A stretch of DNA of 64,000 nt from assembly GCA_963717465.1 (NCBI GenBank), contig OY970340.1:2272001-2336000 (forward strand). Reading direction: 5' to 3'. Numbering within the stretch: position 1 is the first letter of the stretch; the number at the start of each line of letters is the position of its first letter. Below, one piece after another: positions 42,351 through 52,256 of the stretch. The position numbers were made by a program, and so were the translations under genes. This DNA comes from Candidatus Bathyarchaeota archaeon. Its GTDB lineage: Archaea > Thermoproteota > Bathyarchaeia > Bathyarchaeales > Bathycorpusculaceae. The notes under the pieces were generated by a model. The model made no database searches. It saw nothing but the letters and a program-made list of their open reading frames with translations, and was not told the origin of the DNA.

Positions 42351-42587
42351 ATTAGTCCTAAGAAAAGAAGCCCCAGAAATGCAAAGAACAAACGTAGAAG
42401 AGACTGCCCAGTCATCTTGGGCAAAGAATACGAAGTCGATATTAGCGAGATAAGCCCAAACGGGGAAGGCGTAGGTAGAGTAAAGAACTTCATGGTTTTC
42501 GTAGGCAACGTTAAATTGGGAGATCATGTGAAGGTAAAAATCACCCGCCTTGACTCAGTCGGTGCAGATGCAGAAATAGTCAGCTAA
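42351..42587 (+). CDS. Second TRAM-domain protein (apparent ATT start; absent from ORF track)
   Basis: DCPVILGKEYEVDISEISPNGEGVGRVKNFMVFVGNVKLGDHVKVKITRL. Confidence 0.8.
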   Translation: MSPKKRSPRNAKNKRRRDCPVILGKEYEVDISEISPNGEGVGRVKNFMVFVGNVKLGDHVKVKITRLDSVGADAEIVS

Positions 42588-42838
42588 CGTTGGTCGCTCT
42601 CTCATACTTTTCTTTATTCAGAGGATGCAAGGCAACGCTAGAATAAACAATGAAATACGCCGTTGTTTTAGCCGAAAGCGCGTAACCTTCTACATGCAAT
42701 ACAATCCAGAAAAGTTCAATTAAGCAAAATCTTTCATCAAGGCTTCTCTATCTTTAAATTTCCATCGGAACAGGTCATGTGATACAGTTTCCAATTCGAT
42801 TCAAAAATTAGGCCAATTAGCGGGTTAACAGTTTTTTA

Positions 42839-43826
42839 TCAAGAAACCTTGCAAACAAGCCTTTCATTTGATATTTCGAGGTTTAGCTGCATCTTTAGAT
42901 CCTTGTATCTGTTTCTAACGGTGACTTCTGTGACTCCGGCTGCTTCTGCGATGTCTTTTTGGGTTTTTTTCTCGTTGTTTTGTAAGCATGCAATGTATAA
43001 TGCGGCGGCTGCTAATCCCATCGGGTCTTTTCCTGCAGCAGCACGTTTTCGTCTAGCCTCTCTAAGAATTGCTATGGCGTCGCCTTGTGTTTTGCCTGAT
43101 ATTTCATTTTTTTCAGCGATTTTTGAAACGTATGTCAACGGATCAGCAAGTGGCATGTGAACATCGAGCTCTTGCAACAGCATTCTATAGCAGTGTGCAA
43201 CATCTTTTTTGAGGGCAAGACTTGCTTCTGCGATTTCGCGTAAGTGTTCTGGGTGTTCCGCTTCCGCGGCAAGCAACATAAAGTGCAGCTGCAGCTATGG
43301 CGTTGATTGATCTTCCTCGGACTAAGCCTTTGTCTAGTGCTTTGCGGTAAATAACAGCCGCTTTTTCCTTGATTGGTGGTGAGATGTTAGCTTGGCTTGA
43401 TAAACGTTCAAGTTCATTCATGGCTTGAGCTAAGTTTCTGTCTATGGATGAGTGTACTCGACTGCGTATTTGCCATTTTCTCAGACGCCACATTAGCAGC
43501 CTGGTTGCAAGGGGCAGTTTTCTTCCTAATGAATCTCTATCAATTTGACTGATGGTTGTGGATAATCCTTTGTCATGAATTGAATAGGAGGTTGGGAGAC
43601 CCACGCGGCTTCTTGATGTTTTCTCTTGCTGGGTATAAGCTCGCCACTCTGGTCCCTTATCTAACATCTGCTCATATAAAACAAGACCGCAGTCCCCGCA
43701 GATGGTTTCACCCGTGTCGTAATCGTGAACGCGATTTTTACTTGTGCATTCTGGGCACATATCAACTAATTGTTCAGGTTGTTTAGGAATTTTTTGCGTT
43801 ATAATCATTTTTCTAACTCCAATCAT
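42839..43826 (-). CDS. tfb: Transcription initiation factor IIB paralog, frameshift near 43242
   Basis: CPEC/CGDCG Zn ribbon, GPEWRAY, HDKGLST, GLVRGRS, GKDPMGLAAAALY, VTEVTVRNRYK. Confidence 0.9.
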
Positions 43827-44186
43827 TTGCCCAGAATCTTCACCGAATAATCCAATCCCGTTTTAGGGGCTTAGAAAAGTGTACATGCGACCCGCGCATC
43901 TAAACATATCAAGGTACCCATCATATAACTCTTTGCTGTTGATTTGCGGTAATCCCCATCGTGTTCATAACTGTTGTAAACGCTCGTATAAGAAAAAATA
44001 TTATCGAGTTACCTATTCGTATTATTGAGGTAAAGGCGGTTCAGTGCCAAAGACTTTGCACCATTGCTTCTTGGTTTCCATGGACCATTCAAGTGCTACC
44101 GGATCAGTCTCAGATAATGAGCCAACTATGCCCTTGCCACTAGCTCGTTTACTTGCTTGGGATTGCCAGGGTATTTCTATCTGATT

Positions 44187-44306
44187 TCAGAAGAATACGT
44201 TTCTGCTGTCGCTAAAACACTCAAAGAAGCACTAAAACTAACCGATGCAGGATTTGAATACATCACCGATTGGGAAAACGTCAAAATCTACAGAAAACGC
44301 AAATAA
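44187..44306 (+). pseudogene. C-terminal remnant of a tyrosine integrase
   Basis: SEEYVSAVAKTLKEALKLTDAGFEYITDWENVKIYRKRK* resembles the tail of TACK-archaeal integrases as recalled; no start codon; adjacent to a tRNA. Confidence 0.6.
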
Positions 44307-44393
44307 GCATAAGGAGCTTAAAGAAACGCAAATAAAGAAGCATGCAGATTAACATCGCCAGACTAACTCTCAAAGAGGCCTAGTCTAGCATGT

Positions 44394-44504
44394 GCGGTCG
44401 TAGTCTAGTTTGGTCTAGGACATCAAGGTGATAAGTTCAAGTCTTTATCGCCGTGTAAGCCTGCCACGCTGACGACCCGGGTTCAAATCTCGGCGACCGC
44501 ACCA
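44394..44504 (+). tRNA. tRNA-Gly(GCC) with 33-nt intron (44426-44458) at non-canonical position 29/30, CCA encoded
   Basis: Acceptor GCGGTCG/CGACCGC; anticodon stem TCAGC/GCTGA forms after splicing; GTTCAAAT T-loop; full bulge-helix-bulge. Confidence 0.93.
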
Positions 44505-44849
44505 TCCCATTTAATTTCTAATGATCTTGCACGGTTTCTAACAGTATTTTTATAATAAGCATGTAAAACCAACGACGACAAACAATCGTTTAAGCCAAGA
44601 AAAAAACGCGAAACCAGGATTTGTTAACTTTGACAATAGGGAATGCAGTTAAGAATCAGGTGACAAAATGATGGTTAAGGTTACCATGTTAACCATTGAG
44701 TGATGAAAAGTAGTGGTCAAGAAAATAAGGTTTCTAAAATTCGTTAATTGCCTATATTGATTTTTTCTTATAATAAAAAATTGTGTGATATCGACACAAA
44801 ACTTATCTCTTGTATGAGCACTATAATAAAACTGACTTTGGTGAATTAA

Positions 44850-45035
44850 ATGAGATGCATTTATTTAGAAAGGGGCGATTATTGTACAGCTAGCCCGTTT
44901 GAAGTAACAATTGAAACAAATTATTACAAGCCTGAACCTGAAATTTTGAGTAAATATTGCAAAACGGAAAGTTTTAGGTCATGCCCTCGAGGTATAGCGA
45001 TACAGGAACATCTAAAGGCCCAGAATAAAAAATAG
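44850..45035 (+). CDS. Small four-Cys hypothetical protein
   Basis: C...YC...YC...FRSCPR; GGTGA Shine-Dalgarno. Confidence 0.6.
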   Translation: MRCIYLERGDYCTASPFEVTIETNYYKPEPEILSKYCKTESFRSCPRGIAIQEHLKAQNKK

Positions 45036-45340
45036 GGCCTAGAAAATTAGCAAAGAGAATAATTATCCTACGGCAATTAACAGAAAAAGTAATGCCTTGA
45101 TAAGTTAACAGAACCTGAAAAAAGAAGGGTTTATCTAAAGAACAATTAACGGCAAAAACTTTATGAGAAAAAGTTAATAGAGCCTGAAACCATAATATTT
45201 ATATATTAAATCTTTTAATATTGAAACCATAAGCCTTATATAGTATGAGCGTTACTTTGCTTAGTTTGCGCGGGCCGAATGTACTGTTTTCTTAAGCCTA
45301 AAGGGCTAACAAAGTGACGGTTCTACGCACATGAAAAGGA

Positions 45341-46288
45341 GTGGAAAAATTGAGCAAAAAAGAACCTAAAACTCAACAGCGCCTTGCGGACAAATGTCCA
45401 GAATGTGGTAGTGAAAACTTGGTTCATGATTATGATACTGGTGAAACTGTATGCGGTGATTGCGGCCTAGTTCTTTACGAGCAAATGATGGATAAGGGAC
45501 CAGAATGGAGAGCTTTCACTCAAGAAGAAAAAGCGTCAAGAAGTCGAGTTGGAGTTCCAACTTCATATTCAGTTCACGATAAAGGATTATCAACGGCAAT
45601 CAGTCAAGTAGATCGGGACGCTTTCGGAAGAAAACTGCCATTATCTACGCGATTGCAAATGTGGCGTCTGAGAAAATGGCAAATACGCAGTCGAGTACAC
45701 TCATCCATAGACAGAAACTTAGCTCAAGCCATGGCTGAACTAGACAGGTTATCCGACAAAGTTTACATACCGCCCCCAATTAAGGAAAAAGCCGCAGTTG
45801 TATACCGCAAAGCACTAGACAAAGGCTTAGTCCGAGGAAGATCAATAGCGGCAATTGCTGCAGCTTCTCTATACGCTGCTTGCCGCGGAAGCGGAACACC
45901 CAGAACACTACGCGAAATCGCAGAAGCAAGTTTAGTCGATAAAAAAGATGTCGCACGATGTTACAGACTTTTGCTACGCGAACTTGAAGTACATATGCCG
46001 ATTGCTGACCCATTAACGTATGTTTCAAAAATCGCTGAAAAAACTGGAATATCAGGCAAAACACAAGGAGCCGCGATTCAAATTCTTAGAGAGGCTAGAC
46101 GAAAACGTGCTGCTGCAGGAAAAGACCCGATGGGATTAGCAGCCGCCGCATTATACATTGCATGCTTACAAAACAACGAGAAAAAAACCCAAAAAGACAT
46201 CGCAGAAGCAGCCGGAGTCACAGAAGTCACCGTTAGAAACCGCTATAAAACACTCAAAAAACAATTAAATCTCGAATTGCCAGATTAA
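45341..46288 (+). CDS. tfb: Transcription initiation factor IIB
   Basis: Intact Zn ribbon, GPEWRAF, two cyclin repeats, VTEVTVRNRYK BRE-binding helix. Confidence 0.97.
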   Translation: MEKLSKKEPKTQQRLADKCPECGSENLVHDYDTGETVCGDCGLVLYEQMMDKGPEWRAFTQEEKASRSRVGVPTSYSVHDKGLSTAISQVDRDAFGRKLPLSTRLQMWRLRKWQIRSRVHSSIDRNLAQAMAELDRLSDKVYIPPPIKEKAAVVYRKALDKGLVRGRSIAAIAAASLYAACRGSGTPRTLREIAEASLVDKKDVARCYRLLLRELEVHMPIADPLTYVSKIAEKTGISGKTQGAAIQILREARRKRAAAGKDPMGLAAAALYIACLQNNEKKTQKDIAEAAGVTEVTVRNRYKTLKKQLNLELPD

Positions 46289-46513
46289 GCGATCGATCCT
46301 TATTCTTATTCTTTTTTAAGTTCCAAAACTACTGGTCCAAGTCAATCTTGGTCTTCTTAAACGTCATCAAAATGCGTAAAATGCTTGAAGGCTAACCATT
46401 TTGGAAAGTTTTAAGAAAGAAATCTTCGATAGTCTTCGATATTCTACCTGATTAAGTATTTTACATACTTTACCCATTTTTTGATATTGGACTCTTGCTA
46501 CGCGACAAAACGT

Positions 46514-46822
46514 TTATTGCAGCTCAATGTTTTCTTCTGGATAACCAGTTTTAATGAGGAATTCTCGTACTCTATCCCTGTGGTCTCCTTGCAGCATGAT
46601 TAAACCATTTTTACTTGTTCCACCGCAAGCGCAATAAGTTTTAAGCTTCTGGGCAACGTTTGACAGATTTGAGTTTTTATCATCTATACCATCAATTATA
46701 GTGGTTGGTCTGCCAAATTTCCTCGTTTCAAGCCTGATGCGAATTCTCTGCTGTTCCTTCTCAATTTCGCCACAAACGCATAAGTCCTTAGGAAGCCCGC
46801 ATGTTGCACAAACTTCGGCCAT
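46514..46822 (-). CDS. sui1: Translation initiation factor aIF1/SUI1
   Basis: MAEVCATCGLPKDLCVC, LKTYCACGGT, LQGDHR; GGTGA Shine-Dalgarno before ATG at 46822. Confidence 0.95.
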   Translation of the reverse strand: MAEVCATCGLPKDLCVCGEIEKEQQRIRIRLETRKFGRPTTIIDGIDDKNSNLSNVAQKLKTYCACGGTSKNGLIMLQGDHRDRVREFLIKTGYPEENIELQ

Positions 46823-47145
46823 TAATCTCACCACTGAATTAGCAACTGCGGTATATAAGAGTTTCAAGCCGCCTGCGAAACTACCAAGGCACATACACTT
46901 AAACAATCTAACTCCTAAACCTAATATCCAAATACGGTTATGTAGCTTCAATTAATGGAGAATTCAAGGGAAGAGTATCGCTTGAAGATCCTTTAGAATA
47001 AGCACGATTTGGTTCAATGATTACCCATAGAACTTCGTGTCTAAGAATAAGGCTTATAAAAAGAAAATTTAGATTAAGCGAAGAAACGCGAAGACTAAAC
47101 TTAAATACTTTTACTTAAACTAAAGTGGCATGCATCCATTGCTTT

Positions 47146-47222
47146 GCCGCCGTAGCTCAGCCCGGTAGAGCGGCTGGCTGTTAACCAGTCGGTCAAAGGT
47201 TCAAGTCCTTTCGGCGGCGCCA
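47146..47222 (+). tRNA. tRNA-Asn(GTT), CCA encoded
   Basis: GCCGCCG/CGGCGGC acceptor, CTGTTAA anticodon loop, GGTTCAAGTCC T-arm. Confidence 0.96.
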
Positions 47223-47584
47223 CCATGTGGGTGAAAAGGCACTGTTTCTTTGGGCTATTTCCTCTTCAGTTATCTTTTAAATGGTTAAACGCGACCATTG
47301 CTTAAAGAAACTATTTTGTATATCAAGTAGTCGCTACAAATTGTTACCATGGTAAATTTCTTGCTAAATGAAATATTCATCTATTTTTATTCGTAGTTAC
47401 TAGTGGCTCTTCCCCTAAAAAATGAAATCAAATTCGTCCAAAGCAAATCAAAAAGTAGAAAATGCGACTTTCTGTCGAGTCTGATCAGAGAAAGGGGAAG
47501 AAACTAAGAATATGCACAAGCTATCCCATTAAGTTCGCAAAAGTTTTAAGTATCTAAATGAACGCTTGTTTATGGGGTGAATTT

Positions 47585-47944
47585 TTGGTTAAATTTGGAA
47601 CTTTGGAGTATTATAAACGATGGGCTGATGCCATAAACAAGGATAAAACAGTTTCTGAGTCAGGTATGACTATTACAACACTTAATATCTTCACTGATGT
47701 TGGAAAAGCATTTTTCATGAAATATGAAAATGGCAAAGTGACAGAAGTTAGGGAAGCTAAGTCTGATGAGAACGCTGATTTCGTTACCAGAACCACTTAT
47801 GCCATGTTCAAGGGAATTGCAAAAGGTGATGTTGATCCACAACAGACTAAACCGAAGTTCAATATAGAGAAGGCAATGATGTACATGGAAGCCTTAGGCC
47901 GTATACAGGAAATTGCCAGAGAAATGGAAGATGTGCAATATTAA
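47585..47944 (+). CDS. SCP2-like small protein
   Basis: YY..WADAINKD, ADFV...Y..F..I..G.VDP; similar to 37600-37995 including the C-terminal DVxY. Confidence 0.6.
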   Translation: MVKFGTLEYYKRWADAINKDKTVSESGMTITTLNIFTDVGKAFFMKYENGKVTEVREAKSDENADFVTRTTYAMFKGIAKGDVDPQQTKPKFNIEKAMMYMEALGRIQEIAREMEDVQY

Positions 47945-48080
47945 TCAGCCTTTTTTTACCCATTTTTAAACCAGTATATTGCGTGATTTTCAGAACAAGC
48001 AATCCTTGAGAGCTGCTTTTAGTAGAAAAGTGGCTCTTTTTCTTTGCCGAAACCTTCTTACCTTGCTAGAAAAACAGGTA

Positions 48081-48620
48081 TTATTTTTCAAATACTTTCT
48101 GAAGGGAAAAAGATTTCATAATATTGATTCCGTATTTGATGTCGACAACAAAATACTGGAGGTCACAGAAGACAGGATTCATAACTTCTCGAAATTTAAG
48201 AAGAAAGATGGAAAAGTCCATGTAATTTCTGTGAACAGACAAAATTATGTTGCTAGCTGATCCTTCGCCTAATGCAGAAAAAATTATGGAGTTCTGGTTT
48301 TTTAGCCATTCTTTACCGTTTTCAATTGTCTCAGCAGTTGGAGCTTTACTCCAAGTTTGAAAAATAAAAGCGATTATTTCAAACCCCATTTTTTCAAAAT
48401 CAGGTATTACAGTGTACTGTTTTATATAACCTTCTTTTTCTAAAAAAGTCCGCCTTTTAGTTATGGTTGTCTGGGAAAGATTTAATTTCTTACCTATCTC
48501 CAGATCACTTCTTCTGGAATTTCTGATTAATTCGAACAATAATCTTAATTTCTCATTTTCCTTACTATCAAATATATGATTCCTGCTATCAAAAGGATAA
48601 TTACGTTCGTTCTTTAGCAA
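48081..48620 (-). CDS. Lrp/AsnC-family regulator
   Basis: LLFELIRNSRRSDLEIGKKLNLSQTTITKRR..LEKEGYIKQYTVIPDFEKMGF. Confidence 0.9.
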   Translation of the reverse strand: MLKNERNYPFDSRNHIFDSKENEKLRLLFELIRNSRRSDLEIGKKLNLSQTTITKRRTFLEKEGYIKQYTVIPDFEKMGFEIIAFIFQTWSKAPTAETIENGKEWLKNQNSIIFSALGEGSASNIILSVHRNYMDFSIFLLKFREVMNPVFCDLQYFVVDIKYGINIMKSFSLQKVFEK

Positions 48621-48780
48621 GCCAACTCCCCACCCAACAATGTACTCTCATCTCAAGCTAATATACATAATGAATTTAAAAAGCAAAAATGCATTTTCCT
48701 TCGAATTTCAAAGCTTTATTGATAAAAAACAACTGCGATACTGGAAATTATCCGTAAATCAATCCAGAAGATTTTAAAAA

Positions 48781-49005
48781 ATGAGCTTCCCATATGTTGT
48801 CCACGCTATAACTAATGGGAAAACAGAGATTATGACTGAATTTCAAAAAATTACTTACACTTTCTGTAGCACCCAGCCGACGCCATCTGATAAAGACAAT
48901 CAACCATGGCAAAGTTACAAAGGTCCAGAAGAACGCTTGTGCAATCTTCTCGAAATGCATTATGCATTTTATAGCTGTCATAATCGTGCTCCCAAAAAGT
49001 TATAA
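48781..49005 (+). CDS. Small hypothetical protein leading the mttB operon
   Basis: ORF ends 30 nt before the mttB-like start. Confidence 0.45.
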   Translation: MSFPYVVHAITNGKTEIMTEFQKITYTFCSTQPTPSDKDNQPWQSYKGPEERLCNLLEMHYAFYSCHNRAPKKL

Positions 49006-49034
49006 AAATAATAGAAAATATGGGTGAATAAAAT

Positions 49035-50529
49035 ATGCCGAGAACTGGAGTTACTCTACCTAATTTTGGCCTATTTAAGGTCTTGACTGACTCAGAGCTT
49101 GAGATCATTGATAACGCTGCCTATAGAATTCTGAAAAATGTTGGTGTATACATTGACGATGCTGAACTCTTGAAAATGGCGGAGAAAATGGGGTGCAATG
49201 TAGACTATGCAAAGAAGATCGCTAAAGTGACATCAGAATATACAATAAGAGAACTAGTGACCAAAGCACCAAGAAACTTCATTTTAGCCGCTAGGGATCC
49301 TGAGTGGGACATAGTCGTTGATGGACCAGGTAGAAAACAATTTTGGGCAGCCGAATGTGGCGCTACAGATAAACTTGAATGGGATGAGAATAAGAAGGCT
49401 TATAATCGAAAAAGGGCAAGTGCAAAGGAAACTCTGTATGGTGCTAAGATTGTGGATGGCATAGATGACTTCGACTTTAATCCCTACTTGTACGACGCTG
49501 CTGAAGAAGGGCAACTTGGTCTTCCATCAGAGATACACAAAATGAATGCTATGTTTCAGGGTACAGTGAAATTTGCTGCTCACGCCTGCACAACAGTCTC
49601 AAACATAACAGAACACGATTTTGTTGCCTAGATTGGGCGCAGAAGTAGCAGGAGGAGCTGAAGAACTCGTAAAGAGACCTTTATTCTGGGAGGTTTACAA
49701 CTACATAGGGACATTGGAGCTTAACAGGTTTAACGCTTGGTCGTTAAGGGCAGCAATTAACCATCATGTTCCGATAATGCCAGCCGTTACCGCTGGGGCC
49801 CCCTTAGCTGGACCTGCAATGGCTGCGGGAAACACAGCTATCCACCTCGCTGGAGATTTATTCATAATTGCCCTCCAACAATGCTATGATCCAGGTTCTG
49901 CAGCAGTTCCAAACAACATGGTTTTCACGCTCAGCCCTACTGGAGGAAAAGGTCCTATAACTGCACATGATCAATTGGGTTATGCGGCTATGAATCAGTT
50001 ATTGCATGGATTCTATCATTTACCCACATCCTGGTATGGCGGGTACGGCGATGGGAGCCTTGACGAAGTTGCTTTCAACCTTGCTTACAGAGCCATGTGG
50101 CAACAAGCAATTGGAACAGACATGATAATGCTGCAATTCCAAGGTGGAGCTTTAGATCCTAGAATGATTGTTGCCGCCGCCGAAATAGCACATCAGGGCA
50201 GATACTTCTTTGATAAATTCGATGAGATCCATCCAACACCCGAGAACCTCGCACTTGATGTTATAGAGAAAATTGGGGCTAGAGGAGCGAAATGGATGAC
50301 AAGCAAGTATAACATAGACCGCCTTAAACGTTGGGGAACGGTTTATTCCCAAGACACCCGGCCATTAGATTCTTGGCTTGCTGAGGGATCACCGTCATGG
50401 TTGTATGACCTTTGCGGTGAGAAGTTGAAGCAGTTAGAAAAGCATGAGACGAAACCTCTGCCAACCGACGTAGTGCAGCGCATGAATGCCATCGAAAAAG
50501 AAGGAGACGAAAAGCTTAAGGTGGGGTGA
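49035..50529 (+). CDS. MttB-superfamily (non-pyrrolysine) corrinoid methyltransferase, frameshift near 49629
   Basis: LTDSELEIIDNAAYRILKNVGV, APRNFILAARDP, EVAGGAEELVKRP, ENLALDVIEKIG, W..EGS, PLPTDV. Confidence 0.85.
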
Positions 50530-50533
50530 TTAA

Positions 50534-51199
50534 ATGTCTGAAAAAGATCAAATTCTAGAAAAGTTAGCAAAAGCAGTATTTGAATACAATGAAGAAGATG
50601 CTATGGCGGCTGTAAAGGCTGCGCTGGATGCCAAGATCGACCCTGTGGAAGCTATAATCAAAGGTCTCAGTGTAGGCATAAACAGAGTTGGAGACATCTT
50701 TGGAAAGGGCAATTATCCAATCGCCTTTGTAATGCTATCTGGCGAGGTTTTTAGCAAGTCTTCTGATGAGCTACAAAAACATGTTCCTAAGGGTCAGCTT
50801 CCTAAGCCAATAGCCACGATGGTTATTGGAACAGTTGAAGGAGACATTCACACCTTGGGTGTAGATATTATCACTGCAATCTTTAGCGCATCAGGTTTCA
50901 AGATGCACAACCTTGGTGGAGACGTGCCAGTGGAGAAATTCATAAACAAGGCAGAGGAAGTCAACGCTGACATAATAGGAGCATCTGCACTCATGTCCAA
51001 CACAGTTCAACAGCAGAGATTCATAGCTGCCACTCTAAAAGAGAGAGGCATCAGAAACAAGTACATCTACATGGTAGGCGGCGGCGCATTCCCAGGACAG
51101 GAATTTTGCAGCGAGATCGCAGCCGACGGCTATGCAACAGATGTAACTATCGCTCTAGAAAAAGCTAAGAAACTCATCGAGAAGAAAACAGCAAATTAA
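50534..51199 (+). CDS. Methyltransferase cognate corrinoid protein (MttC/MtbC-like)
   Basis: GTVEGDIHTLG DxHxxG, LGGDVP, GASALM, MVGGG. Confidence 0.92.
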   Translation: MSEKDQILEKLAKAVFEYNEEDAMAAVKAALDAKIDPVEAIIKGLSVGINRVGDIFGKGNYPIAFVMLSGEVFSKSSDELQKHVPKGQLPKPIATMVIGTVEGDIHTLGVDIITAIFSASGFKMHNLGGDVPVEKFINKAEEVNADIIGASALMSNTVQQQRFIAATLKERGIRNKYIYMVGGGAFPGQEFCSEIAADGYATDVTIALEKAKKLIEKKTAN

Positions 51200-51485
51200 T
51201 CCTTTCCTTTTTTTAGAGAGTTTTTGCTTACACTAAGGTGGATGCCTAAAAATTAATGCCATGCTATTTTTAATAGTCAAGGTAAGTAGATTTGCTTAGT
51301 GTTTCATTTCTGGTTGGCAAAAGTTTATTCAGATCAAGGACTGCGTCGATACAATTGCATAAAAGCAAATTGGTTGATTATGGTAATAGGTAATCAATGA
51401 ATAATGATAAAGAGGAAATCCCAGAAAGCGTGGAGGAAGTTAAACCTAACACTTTTCCAGCTTCCAGCTTTGCCTTTTCTAGATC

Positions 51486-52036
51486 TTGAAGCTCAACGCT
51501 TACACCGCAAGCAACAGTTTGTTACTATCGTGGAAAATCACGAAAAACCATGAAAAACAAAGTAAAGTTTTTCTGCGTAAAGTTGCTGCCAGGCAGAGAA
51601 GAGTTTGTGAGCTTCGTGAGTTAGGCTTAAAGCTCCATCAGATTCAGCAATGGATGGGTGCGGAAGGCAACGGCTGGTGGAGTCTAAAAACGTTTTAGTG
51701 ACGACTTGAAAAGTGAAACAGCTGAGGAAAGACGGGAAGAATTAGAGCGATTACAAAGCTCTGACATCCCCTTTTGCAACGACGTACACTTACGTCTTGA
51801 ATATCGCGACCGCAAAATTGAACGATTAACGCCTAGGAAAAGGCCTGAAGTTCAAGTTCAAGTCGCTAATCAGGTAAATCTTGAAAAACCTAGCGTGAAG
51901 AAAAAACTTAATGAGTAAACTATCGCCAGAGGAGCGAAAAGCAGTCTTATGTGCTGAAGAAATTCTGACGCAAGCAGAGCTGAAACTGCAAGATATGTTC
52001 TCGTTAATTAGCCATTTGCTTAGTTCGTATCACTGA
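51486..52036 (+). pseudogene. Fragmented HTH protein, possibly a viral terminase small subunit
   Basis: RRVCELRELGLKLHQI...WSLKTF/SDDL HTH joined across a frameshift; charged helical tail. Confidence 0.35.
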
Positions 52037-52256
52037 ATTTCTCGGTTTGGGCTATTCAGGATAGAAGATATTCTGAAAAAAGGAGAAAAGTGAATGCGCA
52101 GAATTAAGAGAAGAGGTGAAATAGCCAAGGTGCCATAAAATGGATGAGCACTCATCATGTTTGACGTGCTCCATGCCGATGTGCCAAAAATAAGAGTGGA
52201 ATCACATTAGCGAATTTCTCAATAACCTTCCAGTGGTGGGTTAGCTTGCAATCATT

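Larger units (their letters stand above)
42911..46240. repeat. Perfect 160-bp inverted repeat (42911-43070 / 46081-46240) inside the two tfb genes
   Basis: Base-by-base reverse-complement identity from AATTCTTAGAGAGG to CGTTAGAAAC. Confidence 0.92.

Noticed and set aside
46823..46951. N-terminal extension of aIF1
   Set aside because: Shine-Dalgarno and homology place the start at 46822; the extension covers the promoter
49620..49640. TAG ending the first mttB fragment as a pyrrolysine codon
   Set aside because: The conserved continuation (RLGAEVAGGAEELVKRP) is in another frame, so read-through would not restore the protein; one extra base explains it
31673..51199. Methanogenesis pathway
   Set aside because: No mcr, mtr or MtaA/MtbA-type genes in the window; Hdr, RamA and MttB also occur in non-methanogens
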